This document shows positions 1 through 8,580 of a stretch of 31,838 bases of DNA, in pieces. Both the position numbers and the translations under genes were made by a program. The stretch spans positions 1 through 31,838 of the forward strand of contig JAZDIZ010000152.1 in NCBI GenBank assembly GCA_043804515.1. Reading direction: 5' to 3'. The notes under the pieces were generated by a model. That model ran no database searches, was not told the origin of the DNA, and worked only from the letters and a program-made list of their open reading frames with translations. The stretch's first letter is position 1; each line of letters begins with the position of its first letter. This stretch comes from Pseudomonadota bacterium (GTDB lineage: Bacteria > Bdellovibrionota_G > JALEGL01 > DATDPG01).

Positions 1-861
1 TGGGCTCCACGCCGACCAAAAAAGAAGACCTGCCGCAATAATCCCTCCCGCCCGCAATAGACCGTAGACACGCGTCTTTTGAACCGCCGGAGGAGGGAAC
101 ACGGACCGTACAAAGAGGGCCAGGAGAAGAACGCTTATTCCTAAGAGAGTGAACCACACCGAAGCCGGAAGCTCCTTCCGGACGTACAGGAAAAAGGCCA
201 GGACCATGGCCAGGCCTGCCGCGTGCTTGACCCACTCCGTCCAGACTCCCGTGGAGGGGAGCTTTCCCCTCAACGACGAAAACGTTCCCAGGAGAAGGAA
301 CGGCGTCCCCAAGCCCAAACTGAAAACACAGAGGAGGAAAAACCCGAACCAGGGGTTCGATTTCTGCGCCACATATCCCAGAATTCCGACGACGACGGGG
401 CCCGAACAGGGAGCCGCCAATCCTCCGGACACGGAGCCCAGAACGAACGCTCCCACGAAGCCCGCGTGTCCATGCCGTGCCAAAGCGTGCATCAAGGGAT
501 GCGGAAGACGGAATTCGAAAGCCCCAAGCAAGCTCAAACCCATCGCAAGGAAGAGGAGAGCCACCCCCCACGTGAACCAAGCGTTCTGTGCCGCCGCTCC
601 GAGCAGCTTTCCGGTCGACGCCGCGGCCAGGCCCAGGATCGAGTACACCACGGCAAGTCCCATCACGAAGGCGAGCGAAAGTGAAAACGCCCTCCCGACG
701 GACCGCGCGTTCTGCGCACCCATGATCCCGAGCGTGACCGGGATCAAGGGATACACGCACGGAGTGAAGGCGGTGACCAACCCGCCCGCATAGGCCACTA
801 AAGCTACTACGGCGATCGAGCCCTGTTGGATCTGGGACGCGCTAAGAACCAACCCCGACAT
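1..861 (-). CDS. DsbD/CcdA-family thiol:disulfide interchange membrane protein (runs off left edge; absent from the ORF track)
   Basis: Manual minus-strand translation from ATG at 861: MSGLVLSASQIQQGSIAVVALVAYAGGLVTAFTPCVYPLIPVTLGIMG...GGLAAPCSGPVVVGIL...FSLGLGTPFLLLG...WTEWVK. It has both redox Cys motifs (TPCVYP, APCSGP) of the DsbD transmembrane domain and no N-terminal alpha domain. Confidence 0.88.
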   Translation of the reverse strand, partial: MSGLVLSASQIQQGSIAVVALVAYAGGLVTAFTPCVYPLIPVTLGIMGAQNARSVGRAFSLSLAFVMGLAVVYSILGLAAASTGKLLGAAAQNAWFTWGVALLFLAMGLSLLGAFEFRLPHPLMHALARHGHAGFVGAFVLGSVSGGLAAPCSGPVVVGILGYVAQKSNPWFGFFLLCVFSLGLGTPFLLLGTFSSLRGKLPSTGVWTEWVKHAAGLAMVLAFFLYVRKELPASVWFTLLGISVLLLALFVRSVFPPPAVQKTRVYGLLRAGGIIAAGLLFWSAWSP

Positions 862-951
862 GAAAAAAGGAATCCTAACAGAGCCTCACGAAAAGAGTTG
901 TCTTTTCAAGCCTCCGTATTTATTGTCGTTTTCACAGGGGAGACGTTCAGA

Positions 952-1236
952 ATGTCATACACGAAGGCAAGTATAATTGATGCGGTTTGCGAGAAGATCG
1001 GCCTGCCCAAAAAGGACGCCACGGACGTCGTAGAACTCCTTTTCGAGACGATGAAGAATACGCTGGAGCGAGGGGAAAACCTGAAGATCTCCGGTTTCGG
1101 CTCGTTCACGGTCCGTAACAAGAAGTCGAGGCTGGGAAGAAATCCCCAAACGGGGGAGGCGATGGAGATCACCGCTCGCCGCGTTGTAACGTTCAAGCCG
1201 AGCCAGGTGCTCCGCGACGCACTGAACACGGATTGA
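952..1236 (+). CDS. ihfA: Integration host factor subunit alpha (HU/IHF family)
   Basis: MSYTKASII...LKISGFGSFTVRNKKSRLGRNPQTGEAMEITARRVVTFKPSQVLR has the IHF-alpha signature. AGGGGAG SD-like sequence precedes ATG 952. Confidence 0.9.
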   Translation: MSYTKASIIDAVCEKIGLPKKDATDVVELLFETMKNTLERGENLKISGFGSFTVRNKKSRLGRNPQTGEAMEITARRVVTFKPSQVLRDALNTD

Positions 1237-1249
1237 AGCCCCGGGGCGT

Positions 1250-1636
1250 TCAGCCCATTTCCGAGACAAAGCGATCGATCGTCTGAAGGCCCGCGGGGGA
1301 TAGGTCCGTAAAGCGCAGCCCCATTCCGGGCGTGGACCCCTTGCCGGAATAGTTTTGGACCCAAACGACCTCGGCTTCGCAAGTGATCCGGTCCCGGGTC
1401 GCGTTCGGCAAGACAAAGCTGAGACGGAATTTCGACCCACGCTCGCGCGGATTGGGTGTCAGAATGAACAATCCCGACGTTGAGATGTTGTTCGCGTAAC
1501 CGAAGAAAACCTCGGCCCCTTTGGCGGCCGCCGCCCCGATGCGCACGACCCGGAGGGGAACGCGCAGGCTCTTTCGCTTCTCCTCGGCCGGTTCTTCAAG
1601 CGTCGGCGGGGTTCCTTCCTCGGTCACGGAAAACAT
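1250..1636 (-). CDS. Stand-alone PilZ-domain protein (TIGR02266-like, c-di-GMP receptor)
   Basis: RxxxR (KRKSLRVP) and NxSxxG (NISTSGLFI) motifs, plus AEVVW...PGMGLRF. Start taken at the first ATG (1636). Confidence 0.85.
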   Translation of the reverse strand: MFSVTEEGTPPTLEEPAEEKRKSLRVPLRVVRIGAAAAKGAEVFFGYANNISTSGLFILTPNPRERGSKFRLSFVLPNATRDRITCEAEVVWVQNYSGKGSTPGMGLRFTDLSPAGLQTIDRFVSEMG

Positions 1637-1726
1637 TGTAGCGGAGGCCCGCATCCGCGGCCAGATAGTTATGGAATTTCAGGTGTTTTGGTATATAAAC
1701 GCTCGCCTTTTTCAGAGCCAAAAACG

Positions 1727-2155
1727 ATGCTTTTCGCGTTTTCGACCGTGTTGGTGTTTCTCGCATTTTCCATCATTTTCGTGATGGCGATGCTGGGCGT
1801 CCAGCGCCTGTTGGCGCCCCGAGCCCCGTCCATAGAGAAGGGGACTCCCTACGAATGCGGTGAACCCGCCGTGGGAACCCCTTGGATCCGGTTTAACCCC
1901 AGGTACTACGTCATCGCGCTGGTGTTCCTCATCTTCGATGTCGAACTCGCGTTCATGTATCCGTGCGCGGTCACGTTCAAGGACTGGGTGGAGAACGGTT
2001 TAGGTGTGCCGGCTCTGTTGGAAATCGGTGCGTTCGTAGCGGTCCTCCTGGTGGGCCTGGCCTATGCCTGGAAGAGGGGATACCTGGAGTGGGTCAAAGT
2101 CGTCGAAAGGCAGGACGTCTCCCCCGAGGCGGATTCACGAACGTCTTCGGCGTGA
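1727..2155 (+). CDS. nuoA: NADH-quinone oxidoreductase subunit A
   Basis: KGTPYECGE...RYYVIALVFLIFDVELAFMYP...YAWKRGYLEW. ATG at 1727. Confidence 0.95.
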   Translation: MLFAFSTVLVFLAFSIIFVMAMLGVQRLLAPRAPSIEKGTPYECGEPAVGTPWIRFNPRYYVIALVFLIFDVELAFMYPCAVTFKDWVENGLGVPALLEIGAFVAVLLVGLAYAWKRGYLEWVKVVERQDVSPEADSRTSSA

Positions 2156-2168
2156 TCGGATAAAGAAG

Positions 2169-2711
2169 ATGCAACCCGAACAGATCGGAAAACTCATTGC
2201 GGACCGTTTCGGGGCCGCGATTCTGGAAGCCAGGCTGGACGCGCCTCAACCCTGGGTGAACGTGGCGCCCGGACATTTAGTGGAGATCCTGGCATTCCTC
2301 AGAGACCGGCCGGAAACGAAGTTCGACTATTTGAGGGCCATAGCCGGCGTGGATTACATCCAGGAAAACGAATTCGAACTCGTCTACTTCCTTTTCTCAT
2401 ACCCCCACCGGCACGACCTCAAAGTGAAAGTGCGGATATCGCGTGAGGTCGCGCGGATCGCGACGGCCGAGGGCGTGTGGCCCGCCGCCAACTGGCACGA
2501 GCGTGAGATTTTCGATCTCCTCGGAATCGAATTCGAGGGACATTCGGACATGCGAAGGATCCTGCTGCCGGACGATTGGGTCGGCTACCCTCTCCGCAAA
2601 GATTATAAGGAACAGGCGGAATACCACGGCGTTTCCACGACCCGGCCGTACCCGACGGGGATGCCGGAACTCCCCACGTTGCCTCCGAATCCCGCTCCGG
2701 TGCGGAAATGA
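2169..2711 (+). CDS. nuoC: NADH-quinone oxidoreductase subunit C
   Basis: [46 protein letters not shown] at 2169, 13 bp after the nuoA stop. Confidence 0.95.
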   Translation: MQPEQIGKLIADRFGAAILEARLDAPQPWVNVAPGHLVEILAFLRDRPETKFDYLRAIAGVDYIQENEFELVYFLFSYPHRHDLKVKVRISREVARIATAEGVWPAANWHEREIFDLLGIEFEGHSDMRRILLPDDWVGYPLRKDYKEQAEYHGVSTTRPYPTGMPELPTLPPNPAPVRK

Positions 2712-3853
2712 GTTCATCCATGGTCCCTCCGACGAAAGAAACGCTTCGCGAAGAGGAAATGGAACTCAACATGGGGCCGCAGCATCCGTCGACCCACGGC
2801 GTGCTCCGGCTTCGCACGTTCACGGACGGAGAGGTGATCCGCAAGGCGATCCCCGAAGTGGGGTACCTGCACCGATCGATCGAAAAGATCGGCGAGATGG
2901 TCGATTACAACGGCTTCATGCCGTACACGGACCGGGTCGATTATGTCGCGGCGATGACGGCGAATCACGCCTACGCCCGCTCCGTGGAGGGGCTTTTGGG
3001 GACGGAGGTTCCGGCACGCGCTCATTTTCTCCGGATGATCGCGGATGAACTGTGTCGGATCGCGAGCCACCTGATCTGCCTGGGGTCGTATCCGATGGAC
3101 GTCGGAGCCATCACGCCGTTCGTTCATGCCCTCCGGGAGCGCGAAGCGATCAACGATCTTCTGGAGAGCTTGTGCGGCGCCAGGCTCACGTACAACTACG
3201 TCCGGATCGGCGGAGTCTCGTTCGATCTGCCCCCCGGTTTCGCCGAACGAACGACCCGATTTCTGGACCACTTCGAGAAGATGTTGGACGAATTCGACAA
3301 CCTCATCACGTTCAACAAGATATTCATCGACCGGCTCAAGAACGTCTGCATCATCACCGCGCAGGACGCGATCGCCTACGGCATCGTGGGGCCCAATCTG
3401 CGCGCCTCGGGCGTGGACTTCGATCTCCGCCGGGATCTTCCATACGCGGCGTACCCGGAAGTCACGTTCCAAGTGCAGGTGGGGAAGGGGGAGTACGGAA
3501 CGGTGGGGGATTGCTGGGACCGGTTCGTCGTGCGGGTGAGGGAAATGAGGGAGTCCTCCAAGATCGTGCGCCAATGCTTCAAGAAGATTCCGGAAGGCCC
3601 CATCATGGGAAAGGTCTCGCGCATCATCAAGCCGCCCAAAGGGGAGGCGTACGCGCCGGTCGAGGCCGCCCGCGGTGAATTGGGGTACTACATCGTCTCG
3701 GACGGGACGAAGAACGCGTACCGGATCAAGATCCGCACCGGGAGTTTCGCGGCCATGTCGGCGATCGAGAAAATCTCCAGGGGAATCATGATCGCCGATC
3801 TCGTCGCGTTGATCGCCAGCCTGGACGTTGTGGCGCCGGAGATCGACCGATGA
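2708..3853 (+). CDS. nuoD: NADH-quinone oxidoreductase subunit D
   Basis: [39 protein letters not shown]-terminal EIDR. No NiFe CxxC motifs, so not a hydrogenase large subunit. Confidence 0.96.
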   Translation: MSSSMVPPTKETLREEEMELNMGPQHPSTHGVLRLRTFTDGEVIRKAIPEVGYLHRSIEKIGEMVDYNGFMPYTDRVDYVAAMTANHAYARSVEGLLGTEVPARAHFLRMIADELCRIASHLICLGSYPMDVGAITPFVHALREREAINDLLESLCGARLTYNYVRIGGVSFDLPPGFAERTTRFLDHFEKMLDEFDNLITFNKIFIDRLKNVCIITAQDAIAYGIVGPNLRASGVDFDLRRDLPYAAYPEVTFQVQVGKGEYGTVGDCWDRFVVRVREMRESSKIVRQCFKKIPEGPIMGKVSRIIKPPKGEAYAPVEAARGELGYYIVSDGTKNAYRIKIRTGSFAAMSAIEKISRGIMIADLVALIASLDVVAPEIDR

Positions 3854-5196
3854 GCGGAATCCCCCTCGCGGTAAATTTCCTCCTGGAACATCTGCAGGCG
3901 TGGATCGCCGCTCACGAGGCTTCGGACCCGAGGCTGGCCCATGGCGCGAAGATCGCCTATCAGGCGCTCACCTCGGTCCCCGTGGAGGTTCTCTATGTAC
4001 TTCTCACGCTGCTCGCCGCCACGGTTCTGATCCTCTTTTTCCTCGCGCCGTTGGCCGGATTCTCGACGTACGTGGAGCGCCGGGTGGCCGCCCGGATGCA
4101 GTCCCGTATCGGCTGCAACCGCGTCGGGCCGGAAGGGCTTCTCCAATTCGTGGCGGACGGCCTCAAGCTGGTCCTGAAGGAGGACACGATCCCCACCGGG
4201 GCCGACCGGTTCCTCTTCCGCCTCGCGCCTTATCTTGTGATCTGCGGCGCGTTCTTGAGCTTCGTGTGCATCCCGTTCGGACCGTCCCTCGTTGTGGCCG
4301 ATTTGAACGTGGCGATCTTGTATCTTCTGGCGGTTTCCTCTCTCGTCGTCGTGGGCATTCTCCTGGCGGGATGGTCCTCCAACAACAAGTGGTCGCTCCT
4401 GGGAGCCATGCGCTCCGCGGCTCAGATCGTGAGCTATGAGATTCCGATGGCCCTGGCCCTGATGGTCCCGGTCCTCCTGGCCGGGTCGCTGTCTCTCCAG
4501 GATCTGAACGAGGCTCAGGCCGCCGGGTTCGGCCGTTGGTTGGCGTTCGACTGGCGTTTCTTCCCGGCGCCCTTGATCGCATTCTTCGTGTACTTCATCG
4601 CGGCGCTTGCGGAAGTGAACCGGACGCCGTTCGACCTGCCGGAAGCCGAATCCGAGCTCGTAGCGGGGTACAGCACGGAATACAGCGGAATCCGATGGGG
4701 CCTCTTTTTCGTGGCCGAATACGCCAACATGTTCCTGATCTGCGCCATCGCCGTGACGGCGTTTCTGGGAGGGTGGGAGCCTTCAAAGGCCAACGTGATC
4801 TTCGGTGCGGGGGCTCTTTTCTTCACGCTGCTGTTCGCCCTCAAAACCGCGACGTTCCTGCTTCGGCTGCTTCCACGTTGGGTCCGCGGTGAGAAGATCC
4901 TGGACCTGATCTCCATCGTCCGGCCCGCCCGCATGAACAGATTTATGTTTGTAGCGCTGGGCTTGATCAGCCTGGTCCTTGCGTCCGGGCTTCAATTCTT
5001 CGCGGCCTTCTGGCCGGTGGCGCTCCTGTTCTTCGTCGCCAAAGTGTATTTTTTCGTTTTCGTGATCATCTGGATTCGCTGGACGCTGCCCCGCATCCGG
5101 ATCGACCAGATGATGTCGCTCTGCTGGAAGAAACTGGTGCCGCTTTCTTTCGCGTGCGTGTTGTGGGCGGCCGTAACGCTTTGGCTGAACGGATGA
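3850..5196 (+). CDS. nuoH: NADH-quinone oxidoreductase subunit H (elongated, 448 aa)
   Basis: [81 protein letters not shown]. Confidence 0.96.
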   Translation: MSGIPLAVNFLLEHLQAWIAAHEASDPRLAHGAKIAYQALTSVPVEVLYVLLTLLAATVLILFFLAPLAGFSTYVERRVAARMQSRIGCNRVGPEGLLQFVADGLKLVLKEDTIPTGADRFLFRLAPYLVICGAFLSFVCIPFGPSLVVADLNVAILYLLAVSSLVVVGILLAGWSSNNKWSLLGAMRSAAQIVSYEIPMALALMVPVLLAGSLSLQDLNEAQAAGFGRWLAFDWRFFPAPLIAFFVYFIAALAEVNRTPFDLPEAESELVAGYSTEYSGIRWGLFFVAEYANMFLICAIAVTAFLGGWEPSKANVIFGAGALFFTLLFALKTATFLLRLLPRWVRGEKILDLISIVRPARMNRFMFVALGLISLVLASGLQFFAAFWPVALLFFVAKVYFFVFVIIWIRWTLPRIRIDQMMSLCWKKLVPLSFACVLWAAVTLWLNG

Positions 5197-5741
5197 GCGC
5201 GCTGGGAACATGGTTTCGGGAGATCGTGTCGGCCGTGGTCACCACGGCGAAAGGGATGACGGTGACGTTCGTCCACCTGTTCCGCCGGCCGATCACCACC
5301 GAATACCCCGAAGTGAACGTGGAAGCACGGCTTCCCGAGCGGTATCGCGGGATCCTGCAGGTGGACATGGACATCTGCATCAGCTGCCATGTCTGCGAGG
5401 CCGACTGCCCGATCGATTGCATCCTGATCGAGGACGTGAGGGGGGAGAAGATCTCGGTGCACTCCAAGATCACAGGAAAACCCACGCCCAAGACCCGGTT
5501 TCCGCTTCGCTTCGATATCGACATCGCGAAGTGCATGTATTGCGGCCTTTGCACGGAGAATTGCCCGACGGGCGCGATTCACCATACCCGCAGGTTCGAG
5601 GGGAGCGTCTTGAGCGTCGCCAATCTGAACTATTCGTACGTCCGGCCGGAGGATCTCACCTTGGCCAAGGAACAGGAGACGAAGCTGAACGAAAAGAAGG
5701 CGCAGGAGGCGGCGGCAGAGCCGAAGAAAACCGATGAGTGA
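5193..5741 (+). CDS. nuoI: NADH-quinone oxidoreductase subunit I (2x[4Fe-4S])
   Basis: ITTEYPE...RYRG, CISCHVCEADCP and CMYCGLCTENCP. ATGA overlap with nuoH. Confidence 0.94.
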   Translation: MSALGTWFREIVSAVVTTAKGMTVTFVHLFRRPITTEYPEVNVEARLPERYRGILQVDMDICISCHVCEADCPIDCILIEDVRGEKISVHSKITGKPTPKTRFPLRFDIDIAKCMYCGLCTENCPTGAIHHTRRFEGSVLSVANLNYSYVRPEDLTLAKEQETKLNEKKAQEAAAEPKKTDE

Positions 5742-6252
5742 ACTTCTGGCTAATCTGGTGTTCGGTTTCTTCGGACTTTTGACGGCGGGTTCGGCCGTCC
5801 TGGTCGTGGCGCTTCGGAATCTCCTGCATGCCGCCGTGGCGCTTTTCTTCTGCCTTTCCGGGGTTGCGGGCCTATACATCCTGCTTGGGGCCGATTTTCT
5901 GGGGGTCGTGCAGCTCCTGATCTACGCGGGCGGGATTCTCGTTCTGATCATCTTCGGCGTGTTTCTGACGGCCCGGATCTACGAGGGAACTCGGCTGGAG
6001 GTGTCGAGCCGAAGGTTGCCCGTCCTCGCCGGACTCGGAATCGGGGCCGCGGTGTTCGCACTCATCGCCCTGGTGATCCGCAAGAGCCACTGGGCGGTCG
6101 GGACTCCCACGTACGACCCCACGACCAAGGAACTCGGAAACTTGTTTTTGACCCGCTATCTCCTGGCGTTCGAGCTGATTTCCGTTTTGCTCCTCTTTGC
6201 TTTGGTGGGGGCCGCGATCCTGGTCCGGAAAGAACTGGAGAGTTCCAAGTGA
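5734..6252 (+). CDS. nuoJ: NADH-quinone oxidoreductase subunit J
   Basis: ADFLGVVQLLIYAGGILVLIIFGVFL...YLLAFELISVLLL. Confidence 0.94.
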   Translation: MSELLANLVFGFFGLLTAGSAVLVVALRNLLHAAVALFFCLSGVAGLYILLGADFLGVVQLLIYAGGILVLIIFGVFLTARIYEGTRLEVSSRRLPVLAGLGIGAAVFALIALVIRKSHWAVGTPTYDPTTKELGNLFLTRYLLAFELISVLLLFALVGAAILVRKELESSK

Positions 6253-6551
6253 TCTCCCTTCCGTTCTATCTCTTGATCGGCGCGTTTCTCTTTGCCTCGG
6301 GGCTGGCCTGCATCCTCGTGCGGCGCAACATGATCCAGATTCTGATGGGCGTGGAGCTTCTCTTGAACGGGGCCGCCCTCAATTTCGTGGCCTTCGCCCA
6401 CTTCCTCGGGAAGATCGAAGGGCAGGTCGTGGCCGTGTTCGTCATCGTTCTGGCGGCTTCGGAAGCCGCCGTGGCTTTGGCGTTGATTCTCGCCGTGTTC
6501 CGCCTGTTCCGCACCGTGGACATGACCGAAATCCAGGATTTGAAAGGGTAG
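6249..6551 (+). CDS. nuoK: NADH-quinone oxidoreductase subunit K
   Basis: RRNMIQILMGVELLLNGAALN...LAASEAAVALAL...DLKG. Confidence 0.95.
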   Translation: MISLPFYLLIGAFLFASGLACILVRRNMIQILMGVELLLNGAALNFVAFAHFLGKIEGQVVAVFVIVLAASEAAVALALILAVFRLFRTVDMTEIQDLKG

Positions 6552-6560
6552 GGGGTCCGG

Positions 6561-8576
6561 ATGAACGTCTCATATCTCTGGATCATCCCCGTCGCGCCCC
6601 TGGTCAGCTCGGCCCTGATCCGTTTATTCGGGCGAAGCGTCCTCAACAGGCGCAGCGTGCACATCCTGGCCTGCGCGAGCGTATTCCTTTCCTTCCTCAC
6701 GGCCGTCCGGGCCTTCCTCGAGCTCCGGGAAGCCCACGAACCGCTCCGGAACGCTCTCTTCCCCTGGATCCAAGTCGGACTCTTCAACGTCCACATGAGC
6801 TTTTTGTTCGATTCCCTCGGTGCGGTGATGGCGCTGGTTGTTACCGGCGTGGGCTTTTTGATCCACGTCTACAGCACGGGATACATGGGACACGATCCGG
6901 AGTACCCCAGGTACTTCTCCTACCTGAACCTCTTCACCGCGATGATGTTGATCCTGGTCTTGGGTGAAAGCCTCCTTCTCATGTTCGTGGGATGGGAGGG
7001 CGTGGGTCTCTGCTCGTATCTGCTGATCGGCTTCTGGTTCACGGAAAAGGCAAACGCCGACGCCGGAAAGAAAGCGTTTGTCGTGAACCGCATCGGGGAT
7101 TTCGGTTTCATGGTCGGGATCCTGGCGCTTTTCTGGACCCTGGGCATGAGCAAGGGGATCTGGAGCCTGGATTTCAGCGTCCTGAAGGCGAACGTGGACG
7201 TGTTCACCTCCGCCGGCCCGATTTTCGGGATCTCGTTGATTACGTTCGCCACCCTCGGGCTCTTTGTGGGCGCGGCGGGCAAGTCCGCACAGATCCCCCT
7301 GTACGTCTGGTTGCCCGACGCCATGGCGGGTCCCACGCCGGTATCCGCCCTGATCCATGCCGCGACGATGGTCACGGCGGGTGTTTATATGGTGGCCCGG
7401 CTGAGTTTTCTTTTCGATCTGGCTCCGATCACGCTTGCGGTGATCGCCGTCGTGGGAGCCTTAACCGCACTCTTCTCCGCCACCATCGCCTTGGCCCAGA
7501 ACGACATCAAGAAGGTGCTCGCGTACTCAACGGTGAGCCAGCTCGGGTACATGTTTCTGGCGTGCGGCGTGGGGGCGTACTCCGCCGCCATCTTCCACGT
7601 CACGACGCACGCGTTCTTCAAGGCTCTTCTGTTCCTCGGCGCAGGGAGCGTGATCCACGCTCTTTCCGGCGAACAGGACATGCGCAAGATGGGAGGGATC
7701 CGCAAGAAGCTCCCGGTCACGTATTGGACATTTTTGATCGCGACGCTGGCCATCGTCGGAATTCCCGGCCTGGCGGGTTTCTTTTCCAAGGATGAGATTC
7801 TTTGGGAAGCGTTCGCGACCGGCCACCGACTCCTTTGGTCGGTCGGTTGGATCACCGCCGGCCTCACCGCCTTTTACATGTTCCGGCTGTTCTTCCTGAC
7901 GTTCCACGGGGAGTCGCGGTCGAGCGAGGAGGTCCGGCATCACACCCACGAATCGCCGCCCAGCATGCTGATTCCGTTGGTGCTTCTCGCCACCGGATCC
8001 CTCACGGCCGGATACCTCTGGATGCCCGGATTCCTCGGGGCCGGCGAGCCGTTTTTGGAGTGGCTCGGCGACTCCGTGGTCGTGCGCCACATCGAGGCGA
8101 ATCACCGGATGGAAATCGCCGTCGCGTCGGTTCCCTTCGTTCTCACGCTCTTGGCGCTTTACCTGGCCCGGAAGTTCTACGTCGTGAGCCCTCAAATCCC
8201 CGCCCATTTGTCCGAAAAGTGGGCCGGCGTGCATCGGACGCTGCTCAACAAATACTGGGTCGATGAATTCTACGAACATGTGTTCGTTCGGGGAACGAAG
8301 AGGCTGGCCTCGCTGATTTTCTGGTTCGACAGCCGAACCGTGGACGGGGCCGTCAACGGCGCCGGATGGCTGTTGCGCGTGATCGTCCACGCGGGCGGAA
8401 CGGTCGACAACGTCGTGGTGGATGGACTGGTGAATTGGGTCGGAGACGGCACGTTCGCTATCGGAAAGCAGGTGCGAAGGCTGCAAACGGGCCAGATTCA
8501 GTTCTATCTCGGCACGTTGGCCGGAGTCTTCGCCGCCGTCGCAATCGTCTGGATGTCATGGATGCTCGGGTCATAG
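6561..8576 (+). CDS. nuoL: NADH-quinone oxidoreductase subunit L
   Basis: GWEGVGLCSYLLIGFW, KAFVVNRIGD, GKSAQIPLYVWLPDAMAGPTPVSALIHAATMV, THAFFKALLFLGAG, C-terminal LQTG motif. Confidence 0.97.
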   Translation: MNVSYLWIIPVAPLVSSALIRLFGRSVLNRRSVHILACASVFLSFLTAVRAFLELREAHEPLRNALFPWIQVGLFNVHMSFLFDSLGAVMALVVTGVGFLIHVYSTGYMGHDPEYPRYFSYLNLFTAMMLILVLGESLLLMFVGWEGVGLCSYLLIGFWFTEKANADAGKKAFVVNRIGDFGFMVGILALFWTLGMSKGIWSLDFSVLKANVDVFTSAGPIFGISLITFATLGLFVGAAGKSAQIPLYVWLPDAMAGPTPVSALIHAATMVTAGVYMVARLSFLFDLAPITLAVIAVVGALTALFSATIALAQNDIKKVLAYSTVSQLGYMFLACGVGAYSAAIFHVTTHAFFKALLFLGAGSVIHALSGEQDMRKMGGIRKKLPVTYWTFLIATLAIVGIPGLAGFFSKDEILWEAFATGHRLLWSVGWITAGLTAFYMFRLFFLTFHGESRSSEEVRHHTHESPPSMLIPLVLLATGSLTAGYLWMPGFLGAGEPFLEWLGDSVVVRHIEANHRMEIAVASVPFVLTLLALYLARKFYVVSPQIPAHLSEKWAGVHRTLLNKYWVDEFYEHVFVRGTKRLASLIFWFDSRTVDGAVNGAGWLLRVIVHAGGTVDNVVVDGLVNWVGDGTFAIGKQVRRLQTGQIQFYLGTLAGVFAAVAIVWMSWMLGS

Positions 8577-8580
8577 GAGA

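Noticed and set aside
149..793. 214-aa plus-strand ORF
   Set aside because: Antisense shadow of the DsbD/CcdA gene, which carries the real motifs.
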